From NCBI GenBank assembly GCA_012295275.1, contig CM022668.1, positions 9,424,001-9,488,000 of the forward strand: a stretch of DNA of 64,000 nucleotides, in the 5' to 3' direction. This DNA is from Chrysomallon squamiferum. Taxonomy: Eukaryota; Animalia; Mollusca. Position numbers and translations under genes: made by a program. Position 1 is the stretch's first letter. Every line of letters starts with the position of its first letter. Shown piece by piece: positions 13,756-27,900 of the stretch. The notes under the pieces were generated by a model. The model did no database searches. It worked only from the letters and a program-made list of their open reading frames with translations, and had not been told where the DNA came from.

Positions 13756-16668
13756 TCAATACCTTTTCATCACACATACCACTCACAAGACAGTTATACC
13801 ATATACAGCATTCATATATACCACACATGACATTTATAGTATTATATCATACGCTCTATATATATATTTAAAGTGTAATTAAAAACATACTGGAAACACC
13901 CCTAAATGTTTATTAAAAAAAATGGAAGAAAGAACCACTTTCTTTATAACAATAAACATTTTTACACGGGTTACACAGCATCATCAATTTTAATTTTTTT
14001 ATTTTAATTTTTTTAATAAATAAATAAATATGTTAATGGACTATAACCTCTCAATAGGCTCTGCTTAGCTGTATTCTCAATAAACATGAGATCTGAATCA
14101 TTTAGTTTAAGTATGTTAAATGTTACAGACGCTAATCTCTATCCTACTAAAGAAACACACTGCCCACAAGAAATATATCTATATTTTGTAATATCAAACT
14201 GTACAAAATTTAATCTTCATTATCTACTGGTTAGTCCATTTTCAAAAGACACAGGGCCGAAGAAAGATGCTTTTTAACCATTTAGCATAGGCACATTACA
14301 CTCCAAACAACCTAATCTGCAATTGTGTCAGCTGCCTTCTCAATAGACGCTGGGGCAACATGGGCTTGTTTGTATGTACAATCCTGCAGACAGGGTAGTA
14401 CACACCACAACCTTTGTTACAGAATTTGCAGATAACTGACTTGACCAAGAAATAAATGAATGAATCCAAATGATCTGATATCAACAGCTCTTTGTGCAGA
14501 TGTTCCATCACTGAGCTAAGAAGTGCCTTGTGCCTGGCAGATCTGAACCAGTTGTCTGAATACAGACGTGTTAAACTTTGTGGACGTGTGCCAAATGTCA
14601 AACTGCAGAACATCATGAAGAACAAACAAACAACAGAAAGAACAAAAAGACCAGTGTCTGAATCGACAATAGAACCATTAAAACTATTCTGTTGCTCATG
14701 TTAGTCAGCTGGCATATGTGATCTAGATTAACAAAAAGGGGTAAAAAAAATCATATATATATATATAATAAAAAATTAAAAAGAACAGGGACTAACTGAC
14801 TCACCTGTGAAGGTACATTCTTTGGTGGCTCAATTCGGATGCTGGGATCCCACTCACCAGGTGGCAGCACTGTCACTTGGTCGAGAAACTCGTCAATGCC
14901 AGCCAGGATATCCTCTCTGTTTCGTGCATGGTAAGCCACGTCGTGAAATATCTACAACAACAACATTGAACATGTGTGACCACAGCTAAATAACTGCGTA
15001 TGTGTAAAAATATTACTTTTTTAGCTTCTCTTATTCTTTCTTGCCCAACTATCTCACTTTTCTGTCCTTCACTTTCTCTATCTGTTTCTCATTCTCTTTC
15101 ACTCACTTTTTGTCTCTCACTCATCTTTCTCTTTCTCTCTATTGAACATGCATATATAAATGAGTATGCTATAACTGTTCCTCTTTCCCTTTGTTGAAGT
15201 CTCTCAATCACGCTTTCATTTTCTATCATTGCCTCTTTCTCTTTCTCTCAATTGAACATGTATATATATATATATATATATAAATGAGTATGCTATAACT
15301 GTTCCTCTTTCCCTTTGTTGAAGTCTCTCAATCACACTTTCATTTCCTATCATTGCCTCTTTCTCTTTCTCTCTATTGAACATGTATATATATATATATA
15401 AATGAGTGTGCTATAACCAAAATGTAATCTGTCAGTGCAAATTCCGTTCTGAGTTCATCTAACATACCTCATCGGACATCAGTGTTCCGACAGAACGTCC
15501 AAGTTCATGGTATTTATTCTGATTTCCTGTTGGTCCCAGAAGAATGAAAAGGAACCGAGTTGGAACAGGAACTTCCGTCAGATCACCCAGGAGCACAGCT
15601 TGTGACAGACGGACGAATGCGACAATCTGGTGATTGAGGAAGTCCACTTCACCCACCATGATGTTAGATGCTTCTGAACCAGGACGAATTTTCTTCATAA
15701 AGTGAAGGTTCTGGAATCAAATTAAACTGAAAAATGGATTATCTTCTTCTTCTCTTTATTATTATTATTATTATTATTATTATCATTATTCACAATTCAT
15801 ATACTTTTTCATCATAAAAAATAATTAATTCATTTATCAAAGAAACAATTTGTTATATTTTTAACAACAGTATTTACTTGAAATGAGAGGTGAAACTTGA
15901 GACTATACTTATAAAAGCTTAAGAGTTTGACATGTTAAAAATCAAGTGAATTCACTGTTAAAATCCAAATTAACATGCTGAAACATAGGGTTAAACACAG
16001 CCATGGGCCGAGTTAAATACACAAAGTATATTTTATACATGTTATAAGATATGATTTTGATTAGCAACAAGCAATTTATTAGTGTATTTTTTCATAAAGC
16101 TCTGGATTAAACAATTTTACATTTTAGTTTGGTTGGAAATAATTCCATTAAAGAATGAAATAATTTAGTAAATAAAGAAATAAATACATTAAAAAATATC
16201 AATATAAATTATAGCACACAGATATTTCATATTATGAGCATGAGCGCGCAGGCACGCACGCACGCCACACGCACGCACACACACACACACACACACACAA
16301 CAAGCTTATTAATGTATCCACTGTATAAACAGATCTATGTAGTACAACCTGTATGAAACAATCATAGTCAACATCTACCATTTATACATATAAAAACAAT
16401 CTTTCTTTTAATGTCAAATAATAAGACAAGAAGAAATGGATAGCAGTAATATTTGAAACTAGCTCTTATTCCATGCTTCAGTGTAAAATATGAAAACAAA
16501 ACAAAATGAATAAGATTGAAAAGGCAATTATGTTAAAACATTTAAAATAAAATGTCCAAAGAGGTATTTTTAAAATGCAAAATTAAAAAGCAAACTTAGT
16601 TATAATTTTAAAAAAAAAAAATGAAAAAAGTGCTAGACGAAATCAAGCAACAAAGAAAGCTTTTTAAA

Positions 16669-16712
<44 letters not shown>

Positions 16713-17674
16713 TGAGATTAAAAATAATAGAACATACTTTTATATAAAAGACAATTTCTTAATTTTTTTTAAATATTATATTTTTTGTTTTGTTTTGTTT
16801 TCTTTGTTTTGTTTCTTTACATGTTAAATAATTAGCAAAGAAACAAAATCTCAACACAGTATGAAAAACATTCTTTATTTCTTTTTTTGTTTACTTTTCT
16901 AACTGGTTGCATTATAAAATTACCCATGAATTATATTAAACAGCTAGACATTGTAAAATGAAGAAAAAATACAAATATTAATAATAAAGATGAAAAGAAG
17001 AAGAAAAAATAACATTTTTTAGACTGTATTTATAACTTTTATTCTTTAAATTTTTAAAAAAGAATATTGCAACTCATTATCTGTATTATAAAATATTTAC
17101 ATTATCTAAAAACACAAATTAAGTCAACAGGTTTAAACTTTAACATTTAAAAGCTAACATAACTTAAAAAAGATATATCTGGAAGTTTGAAACAGTGCTA
17201 AGTAAGGAATAATAATTAAAAAAAAATTATAATAATAAATATAAATATAAATAAAATAAATAAAATAAATAAAATAAATAAATAAATAAATAAAATAGAA
17301 AAAAGACAACAATATATGTACAGCCTTAATACTCAGTACAGTTTCAAACTAGAATATTTGCCTGTAGAACACAGGATCAATCCTTTGCAGCATTGTTCCT
17401 GGGTTATTTACTGTTCTAGTCAGTTCTCTACAGCAGATATTATTATTATATTTTATATACATAAGAGCAGGAAAAGTCGATTCATGTATGAATTAAGATA
17501 TACTTTGAAAATACCTTTTTATTTAAAGAGGACTATACTAATTTAAAGAGTATATACTGATTTAAAGAAGACTATAATGATTCTAAGAGGACTACACTTA
17601 TTCAAAGAGGACTATACTGCTTCTAAGAGGACTATACTTATTCAAAGAAAACTAAACTGATTCTAAAAATACTG

Positions 17675-17734
<60 letters not shown>

Positions 17735-18351
17735 CTATTTCAAAGAGAAATGTACCGACTCAAACAGTATTTCTCTTATTCAAAGTATTGAATAAATCTG
17801 TTTAAAGATGTTTGCAGTATCTCAAAGAACAGTGTACTGATTCAAAAATGACTAAGCCACCTCAAACTGAACATTATTAACTCAAAGAAGCCACTTTAAC
17901 AGTTACAAATAACAAACACAGATCTGAAATAAGTTAGTATTAAGACTGCAGAGATTAACAATAGCGAAAACAAAAAAAAGAAAAAAAAAAAGGTTATTTT
18001 TAAAATACTTTTAACAAAAATATTAAAATGCAGAAAAACAATAATTTTTAAAATGAAAAACATTAAAAAAAAAAAATAATAAGTAGCAAGACATTTATAT
18101 TTTACCATGTGTGATTTGTCGGAAACAAGGGGTACGTTTGAGGCTACGTTATTCTGAAAACAAAATACGAAGAAACCACACCAAGTTAGTCACCTGTTAT
18201 ACTATTAGTATATAAACATGCAATAAAATAATTTAATAAATGGGATTAATTAGTTCATATTAAACCACGAAACCTTGCAGTAAATTTTTAAATCTTTATT
18301 GAAATTTTTCACTAAAGTCACATATGGATGTATGTATGATGGTCTAGGGGT

Positions 18352-18382
<31 letters not shown>

Positions 18383-18701
18383 GACATGCATATATATGTG
18401 CATATGCTAATGTCTTTGTGAATGTGAATATGTTTTTGAATATGTTCATTATAGTATATGAAGAAATATATGCAGGTGACTGTGATATCAGTTTAACATC
18501 AAGATGGAAAATATTTAAATATTTTAATTAATGCATAAAATAATAAATGTATCATAGATTCTAAAAATATTTGAAGAAGCAAGTAATTTATTTTTACTAC
18601 TCTACATAAATGTCTTAGTAAGTTGTGTTATTTGTTTCTGATTAATGTATGGTTTTTAATAAACTACCAATATCATAATAGAAAAAAAAAATACTGTTGT
18701 C

Positions 18702-18735
<34 letters not shown>

Positions 18736-20327
18736 AAAATGAAAGCACCCAGTTATGACACCAATAATAATAATAATAATAATGATAATAATAATAATAA
18801 TAATAATTCACAACTCAGAAAAAAGTTGAAATATAAATTAATTTTTTGGAAAAAAATCTTAACACGTTATTAAATAGAATGGATGTCAGTTTGCATATAT
18901 CTCTACATACATATCTGCACATATTTTTTTTTTTTTACAATTCTTTATTCCTCATAGCATATACAGTCTTTCATTGTATGAATTTAATTCTAGCATGTTT
19001 GTGTAGTAACTATTCAAAAACTATTACTCAGCCCAGAAATCACTACTGGAACCAGTACATGAATTCTATCATATTTATAAGTATCATGAAATATCATTAT
19101 TAAACTAGTTCATTCAAAAATAAGATATTTTAAATTATGAAACTGTTTTTTTCTCATCCAATTTAATTAAATTTGCCTACTCTTTCATAAGCCTCAAAAT
19201 TATGATTAAGAAAAAAAAAAAAAAAAAAATGGAAACAAAAACAATAATAATAATCAAGTCCATTTTAAAATTTAGTCCTGAAATATTCAATAATCTGTTG
19301 AAATGGACCCTCCCAAATAACCAAACAACCAATCAGAAAATGTCATAATCATTATTATTTCAAGTGATAATAAATAAAATGACAGTATGGCTCCAATGAA
19401 TTTTAAATAAACTCTTCTAAATTTTAAAATAGCCAAACATTTAAAACAGTACCATTGGAAAAACTAGTCAGAGATGAATAAAATTAGTCCCAACAGAACT
19501 AAACTATAGGGTTAGAGTGTGTTATATTTTCTGCTTATGTCACATGCTAGTTACAAAAGAGATGACCACTGTTGTTCTATTTGTTTCCGTTGTTTGTTAA
19601 ATGTTGCATAAGCTCCGATTAAAACAAAATACCTCCTGTTGTTTATATGTGAAATACCGTTTACATCTTACAATGTGAAACAACCAATCAGCAAACCTGT
19701 ATTGTCACCACTGAAATTATTATCAAACATTTATTACATATAAAAAAAAAAAAAAAAAAAAAGAAATAAAGAAAAAAAAAAAACACTGAAAAAAAAAAAA
19801 AAAAATTAGCCAATATGAATCATTATTGTAATAATTTTTATCAATATAAATATTGACTGATTGAGTGTGCATGCGTGTGTGTACGTGTGTCACTGAACTT
19901 ACAGTCAAATTATTATGGTTATGTCCTGCAATGAATGGCAGTTAATATAATATTTATACTTCCATACATACACGTATATAAGAATGGCTACACACCATAG
20001 TTAATACAGCCATAGGTAATATTTGCTGTTACAGTAATAACTGACCCGACCAGTAACTGCCATAGATGTGATATTGAAATATTAATATGGCGTTTTGTCA
20101 GGTCATTTTGCAGCAGCACAGCATGCCAAGAAGGGAATGACACAAACCCAGTTACTTTGAAACCGTTTTTTAGTAAAGAAAACTGGGACATCTCCAACAG
20201 AGGAGGTTCTGCGGAGATACATGTACTTTTTAGGAATGTCCACTGCAGAGGAAACTTTTCTTATTTTTCGCTGAAAGTGAATGTCAGACATGCAAAATAT
20301 TTCATTGTTTTTCTTGAATATTTTTTA

Positions 20328-20358
<31 letters not shown>

Positions 20359-22695
20359 TTTATTAAATCAGAATTTTAACTGCAGATATAGTCTTTATAA
20401 GTTATAGATTTAAATAATAATGGTAATAACAATAACAGCAACAACAAACAACAAAGATTTAATAACAGCATGCTGGAATTTAAAAAAAATAAAATAACAA
20501 AAAGAAGGTAACTTAAAAAACAAAACATCAAATTATTTAACTTTGAGAAAAAGCAAGAGATAAACACTCAATAAATTTGAAATATAAAAGATAAATTATA
20601 TTTTAAAAATATTTAATTTAAAAATATTCATTTCTTGAATAGTAGATTATAATGAATTAATAATGTCAGAAATGTTTTTTGACTTTTTGTGGGAATGAAT
20701 ACATTTGATTTTTTAGTATTTAAATAAATACATTTTTTAGTATTTAAATTAAACAAATATTTGTAAAAATTAGTTGTTCAGGTTAATAATAATATGAATT
20801 TGAATAAGAAAAAAAACAATATACAAATAATAATGATAACAATTACATTAATAAAAAAGTACAAATATAAAGTAAAATAAAAAATTTGATAACTTGTTAT
20901 CAGAATTTCAACAATCAATCAAAATATAAACAAACAATCAAAAAAACTATTCTGAAAAACAGTTAAAAGATTTATTTGCAACATTTGATTTACTTACAAG
21001 CTTAATTGAAATTAACTGTTTTCATAAAAAAAATAAAATATAATTTAAATAACATGAATTTTTTTTTTTTAAATCCTCCTCCAAAAACAAGAATTAATAT
21101 GTAAATAAAATAAAATAAAAATAAAATTTTAAAATAATTTTAAAATAATAATAAGAACAACAACAACAACAACAACAACACAGAAAAAGTTTTAATAAAA
21201 GCAAGTCTGAATTAAAAAAATTAAAAATAAATTAAATATAAGTAATGTAATTAAATGTGGGGAAGTAAAAAGCACAAGTCAAAAAATAATAATATCAAAA
21301 TTTTTAAAAAGCAAAGCCTATTAAGTTGTATGCAACAATTTTCAAAATAAATATTCTTAAGTTGTGTTTGTAACAGATTAGTCATGGTTTGTATTTTGGA
21401 GGCCTTTTTTTTTTTTTGTCTTTTTGTTAATCAGTATAAAGCAACTTCACAAAACCAGTCTTTTAAAAAATCAGAAAAACAAAATAAATAATGGCAGCAT
21501 TGTTAAGGATCATAAAAAATGAATGAATAAATAAATAAATAAATTTAAAAAAACTCTGCAAATCAAACACCCTTCTAAACAAAACATTTTTCTTGGACCA
21601 GACAGTGTTTTATTTTGAGAAGTTTCACTCTGTTAACTGAAACTATAATTTAATGCTTTAGTGAAAACACTCATAGTTAACTTACTAATATTATAAAAAA
21701 TCAAAAAACATCAAGCAAACTACAGCTAATATTAATTAGTTAAAATTTAAAAATGTAAAAACACAGAAAACAAAAAGATAAAAGACAGGCACTGATTTTG
21801 CACAACAACAATCAAAATAGAAATATTAAAATTAGTCAAAATTTAAACGAATAAAAACTATTAAAATTTATTAAAAAATAAAACAACAACAAAAACAACT
21901 AAACTTGAAAGACAAAAATAATCAGGTAATATAAACATTTTTCCAAAAATAGAATCAAAATCTTTCTACTTGCTGTTAAATAGCATAAGCAGGTATATAT
22001 CATCATCATCATGATCGCAACAATGATAACAACAACTACTACAACATAAACACCCCACTGCACATCGACATGCAGCCTAACCTTATGAGATGCGTTCTCA
22101 GTCAGGTCAGTGGTGCTGGTCGAAGTTGTGCCCCCTTCTGAAGTCTCGCCACTCGTGGTACTGCCTACATGTAACATATTTGGAGAACTTTTAACACCTG
22201 TTCCACTGGCTGTACCTTCGTCACCTAGTCAAACGAGAAGGAGAGAAGACGGTAATGAAAACACACCAACATACCTTGTGTAATGAACTCTCTACAATAT
22301 CGGCGCTGCTTGGGCTTGGAACAAATGTTGGTGCCGAGTCTGTTGCCGGGCCCTGACCTGCCACACCTAGCAACTGCTGCATGTTGGGTGTGCTTTTTGC
22401 ACCTAGTTGACTGTGGTGATGGTCTGTTGTAATTAGAATGAATGAAAATAATGAAAACAAATCTTTTAAAAATAGGGTCTGACTAGGTGAAATTCCATTG
22501 TCCATGACCATATGCACAAGCTCGTTGGTGTGTATCTGTCTGTATTTGTTTATTATAGATTTGTGAGGAGAAAAAAAAAAGAAGGTATAATTAAATAGAT
22601 GTATTGTATTATGTAGTTATGTTTTTTATTTGTAAATAGTGTATATATGAATGTGTGTGTATGTGAAAGTAATGCATATATGAATTAATACATTC

Positions 22696-22729
<34 letters not shown>

Positions 22730-24863
22730 GTCAGCTTTTGCAACACTGCAAATAAAAGTCATCATTATTAATAAATAAATAAAACATTTAAAGGTTTATA
22801 GTTTACTTACATAATCCATCTGAACTGATTTATGTAAGAAAACTAAAAATATCATGATTTTGTAATTATTGTTTAAATCTTAAGTAAATTTTACATGTTA
22901 TCCACAAGAAAAACTAAAAAAGAAAAAAATTTGATTTAAATTTTATCTGAAAAATAACAACAAAGTTAAAAATGTAAAAATGAAACAAAAATAATAATTA
23001 TAAACAAATGAAGATGAGTATCTTGTCTTTGTGTCTCTGCATCTATTTGTTAGTATTGTGTATATGCATATGTATGTGTGTGTGTGTGTCTGTGTGTTCA
23101 CAAATCTGCAAGGGTGTCTCTGTGTGTGTGTTTCTGTGCATGTATCTTGTCAGGATGTTTGTATAGTTTTGTATTTTTATATCTGACAGTGTTTTTGTCT
23201 TTGTTGTATGTGTCTCTTTGTCTGACTGTATGTTTCTCTGTGTCTCTGTATTTTGCATGTCTTGTCTGTTGATCTGGTTCTGTCTTTTCTTCAGTTCTCA
23301 GATCCATTAAAGAACAGAAATTAAAAAACAGAAATAAAACAAAAAGTAAGAATGCCATTTCATAAATCAGCCTTAAAATTATTTTTATCCCCAAGATTAA
23401 AGCATCGAGAATGCTTAAACTGAAACAGTAACAGAATGCATTTCTTAATTATTTACTATTATTATTATTATTATTTAAAGTTTTGCCAGCTGTCAGAACT
23501 TCTGCAATTACCAGAAAATAATGATAAACAAATAAAAACAAGGATTTATTTAAAATATTTTTGCCCATTCTTACCACCGTGTGTTGAAAGATGTTTCGGC
23601 TCCGAGTACTTTTTGCCGATGTCGGCAAGTGACCGGATGATTGGCAGGTGCATCTTGCTGTCGTCTTTGCGATGTCGTTTCTCATTCTGGTGTTTGTGAC
23701 GACACATGATGACGCCACGCACCTGGTCTCGCAGATTCTCCTCCAACTGTTTGCCAGCTATCATGTTGTCAAGAACCATGTCTGAAAACAAGAATAATAA
23801 AGAACATTTGTCATTTTCTTTCTCTAAAATGACTCATCTGAAAATAAACATAATAAAGAATATTGTCATTTTCTTTCTCTGAAATAACTCATCTGAAAAC
23901 AAGAATAATAGAGAACACTGTCATTTTCTTTCTCTAAAATAACTATGAAATAAAAGATATAATCATTTTCTTTCTCTACAATAATAATAATATATCCCTA
24001 ATTGCGTAGAAAATGAGACTGACCAGAAAATATTATATTGTGAAGTGGAAAAAAGAACTAAAAAACTGACCTGTTACTTGTTCCAGATTGTATGCATCCA
24101 TGTCAAGAATGATTGTACCCGTCATGATACAGCATCGCAGCTCAAACAGTGAGTGCAGCGACAACGTTGCAACGTGTGGTTTTGACCACCTCTCTCCACC
24201 TTCCTCAACATCCTCCTCAAACTTAATCCACCTATAAAATTTAAAATTTAACTTTAGAGAAGGAAAAAAAAAAATGATAAAATGAGGACTACTGGCAATA
24301 GAGATCTTCATTAATGTCAGTTAGTTTGTTTCAGATGAGAGTAATATTATGTTCTTTCATTTACATATATGTATATAAATATTTTATATTTAAAACTCTC
24401 TCTCTCTCTCCTTTCTCTCTCTCTCTCTCTCTCTCTCCTCTCTCTAAGAATCAGTATAAAATAATACAGAGCTCTCTCTCTCTCTCTCCCCCCCAGTCAC
24501 TCAATCCTATGTATGCTTTAAAAAAGCTGTTTTCATCATCTTTAATAAATCATTAAAAAAAAATTAAAACAAATAAAAAAAAACGTGAAAAGTTAAGTTT
24601 TCTGACCTGGCAGTTTCCTTCCACTCTACCTCGTCTGAGTTGCCAAAGATCATCAGCTCTGTCATCTCACAGAAGAGGTCGTGGGCTCGATGCTGTTCAT
24701 CGTCCTCTTCCTCCAGTATGTACTGGATTCGCTCAGACGGCGGTGTTGCTAAAAATAGAAATACGAATATCAGATTAGTGACAGTTAAATTAATAAATAA
24801 ACAATAAATAAATTAAAATAAAGACAGAAAAAGAAAAGATAAAAAATATTACTAATGATAAAA

Positions 24864-24910
<47 letters not shown>

Positions 24911-27900
24911 TGCCATTGAGTAGGAGGAGGATGACTGAAGAAAACAAATTCTTTAACACCCTTGAATTTTTTTACCTGCAACAAAGTAATTGAAAATGTT
25001 TTAGTATATGGGACAAAATTAGTAATAATAATAATAAGAAGAAGAATAATAACAGCATAATATATTTAATATTAAATAATTTAAAAGTTTAGTTGTTTTA
25101 GTAGATGATGAATATAGTCTAAGGTATTTATCAAGTTTTTTCTGGAAGAAGAAAAAATAAATATTAAAAACATTTTGAAATTCACACCAACCATGTAATG
25201 TATAACTACTTGATACCCTGTATCACAAATGTATCACCTGTTATTTTATAAAATAATCTCTTCAAAACAATGCTTAAAAGTAACTATTTAAATCTTATTT
25301 ACTTTTTTCTTTAAATCAAAAAGAAAAATAATATTTTGATTACTATCCCAAATTAAAAATAAACTAAAATATTATTATAAATCCATTAAAAAAAATTTAT
25401 TTTCTTATTTTAATTTGTTGAATGAAACGTTTAAACATCTCTCAATATCAGACTGGTTGTTTGAGTTTAAAAACAAAGAAGTTGATGACTGTTATATTTA
25501 AGACTTTAAAATAATATGACAAAAATAAAAGTTAAAAAACTAAAAAATAATAATAATAATAAATAAATAAAATAAAAGGAAAAATTATCAAGGCGACAGA
25601 AGCAATTGGGATTAGATAGGAGAATATGCATTTCAATATCTTCAAGTTCAATACAATATAAATAATACTGACAAATAAAAATTAAAAAATAAAATTTAAT
25701 TTACTAAAATAATCCATATTCAGTAAAAGAAAATGTGGTACAGTGACAATTGCAGAAAAGCTTGGATATAAAAAACAAAATTACCTTTTTTGTTTCTTAA
25801 ATTTTATCCTTTTTTTCAGAATACATTTAGGAAATTTGAAAAAATGGACAATACAGCCTAAGAAGCTCTAAATAATAGTCCACTTTTCATTATGCACATT
25901 TAAAAATAGATCTGCTATATATGCATAAATTACTGGCAGAGAAGAAACAGACATATTACTGTTAGTTATTCTATTTTCTACACATCAGTTATATTCGTTA
26001 CATAATTAGTAAGTTGTAACAGCTATACAATGGATAATTAACAATCTACATTATATATTAAGTTTCAATGAGCAGTTGTTACCTATCAGATACATAACAA
26101 TCGAATTTTCATGATTTTAAACATTTATGTGTTACACTAGTTTCTATTTTTAATACTCTCTTTTACATGATGACTATATTTGTTCATATTTAGTTATATG
26201 TAACAAGTGTAACATAACCCAAGTTATTAGCATAATGCAGTTCTACTGACTGGATTGTTAGCTAAAAGTTAGTGCAAGATTACATTTTAAATGATTAAGA
26301 GACTAACTTGTTCGTTTTATTACATATAAACCCAGGCAAATGTTTCATTTATCATATTAATATCAATTCAATTAAAATGATACTTTTTGACAATGTCTCA
26401 TTACATTATTATTATTTGAATATTATATCTTTCATACAAGTCATTATATGGTTGTTTTATTGGTTACAAACTAAATGTACCTGACCATTTCTGATTCAAA
26501 CAAATATCTTTTCAAAGACTGTGGATGTGTTTTCCAGTTTTGGGGTAGGTTTGCATGCTGCTAACTGAGGAATACTGAAAGCTGGTATTGTTTCTTTTTG
26601 TGTCTAACACCTATCCACTTCTTTGTGTCACATAATAACTGCTAAAATAAGATTATTATTATTTTTATTACTGATATTTTAACCATGTTTAATATTAATT
26701 TGACATTATTAAAATGCTCTGTTTTGTAATACATTATATGTGTTAATAATAATATGGCTGTATATATGTTATAACTCATTTTCTTCTAAAAATTACCATA
26801 AATAAACAGTTAATTAATAGTAATAATTCAATTTCAGATAATTAATACTCCATGTTAACGTGCTTATCATTTTAAAGTTAGTGTGATTAGTATTCCATTT
26901 CTGTTAACTAATATTTTAATTGCACTATATTAAATTCCTTTTTTTTCTTCTTTTTTTAAAACTTATCTTTATTAAAACTGGAATAAATAATATAGTGTCT
27001 TAATCACTGGTTTATTTCAGTTACTCTGTTTCTCCTCATGGACAACTACAACAACAACGATGATGATGCTGACAACACTGATCAGTCACTGTAAGAACTA
27101 TAAAATACTTTACCAGAGTTGATTTCTGCAGCCACATGATCTACTTTAAACATACAGAGAAAAAAAATTAAATAACCAGTGACATGCTGCTAAAAAATCT
27201 AATAAAAATAAATTTTAACATACAAATTCACTTTTTTACACTTGCTCTCAAACACACACACACACATCCATCCATCATTCATCTTTCTTTCTTCCTCTCT
27301 CTCTCAAATACACAGTTTCTTTTTCATATGATTATTTTGAATTTTTAAAATCCTTTTCAATCAATCAGAAGAAAAATTAAAAAAATTAAAAAAAAAAAAA
27401 AACCTCAAGATTTTATGTCCAACAAAAAAAAGATGAAAAAAAAGAGAAGAAGTCTAATCAATGTATTTTTCAGCTGGATACGTGTTGAAAATGTTAATCT
27501 GAGAATGTCAAAACTATTTAATTTACATGTAAATCACCATCGATTATCTCTGTTTCAAATAAAACCACTTCTACAACAAAAAAACAACTATCAGCTTTAT
27601 CTTTGCTATAAAATTAAATTGAGCAAGCTGGTATCTATTATAAATTAACTCTATATCTATCCCTCACAATAAAAAAATTAACAAAAAAAATTCATGAAAT
27701 CTAGAATTTCAACAAACCCCAGAACACACACACACACACACGCAAGCACACCTCATGCAATTTTGATGTGCTGCCTAACTAGTCATAATAAAGGTAAAAA
27801 TTAAAATTTACAAATGATAAATCTTGGTGCTGCAACTGTCAATCCATTATTTTAAGTTTATTGCTGGTTGTAAACACATAAAGTGAAACCCCATTCTGCT

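Noticed and set aside
26420-26638. Exon-like segment with an AG acceptor and CAG|GTACAT donor, considered as an alternative first coding exon
   Set aside because: The frame needed for the next exon (phase 1) has a TGA with no following ATG.
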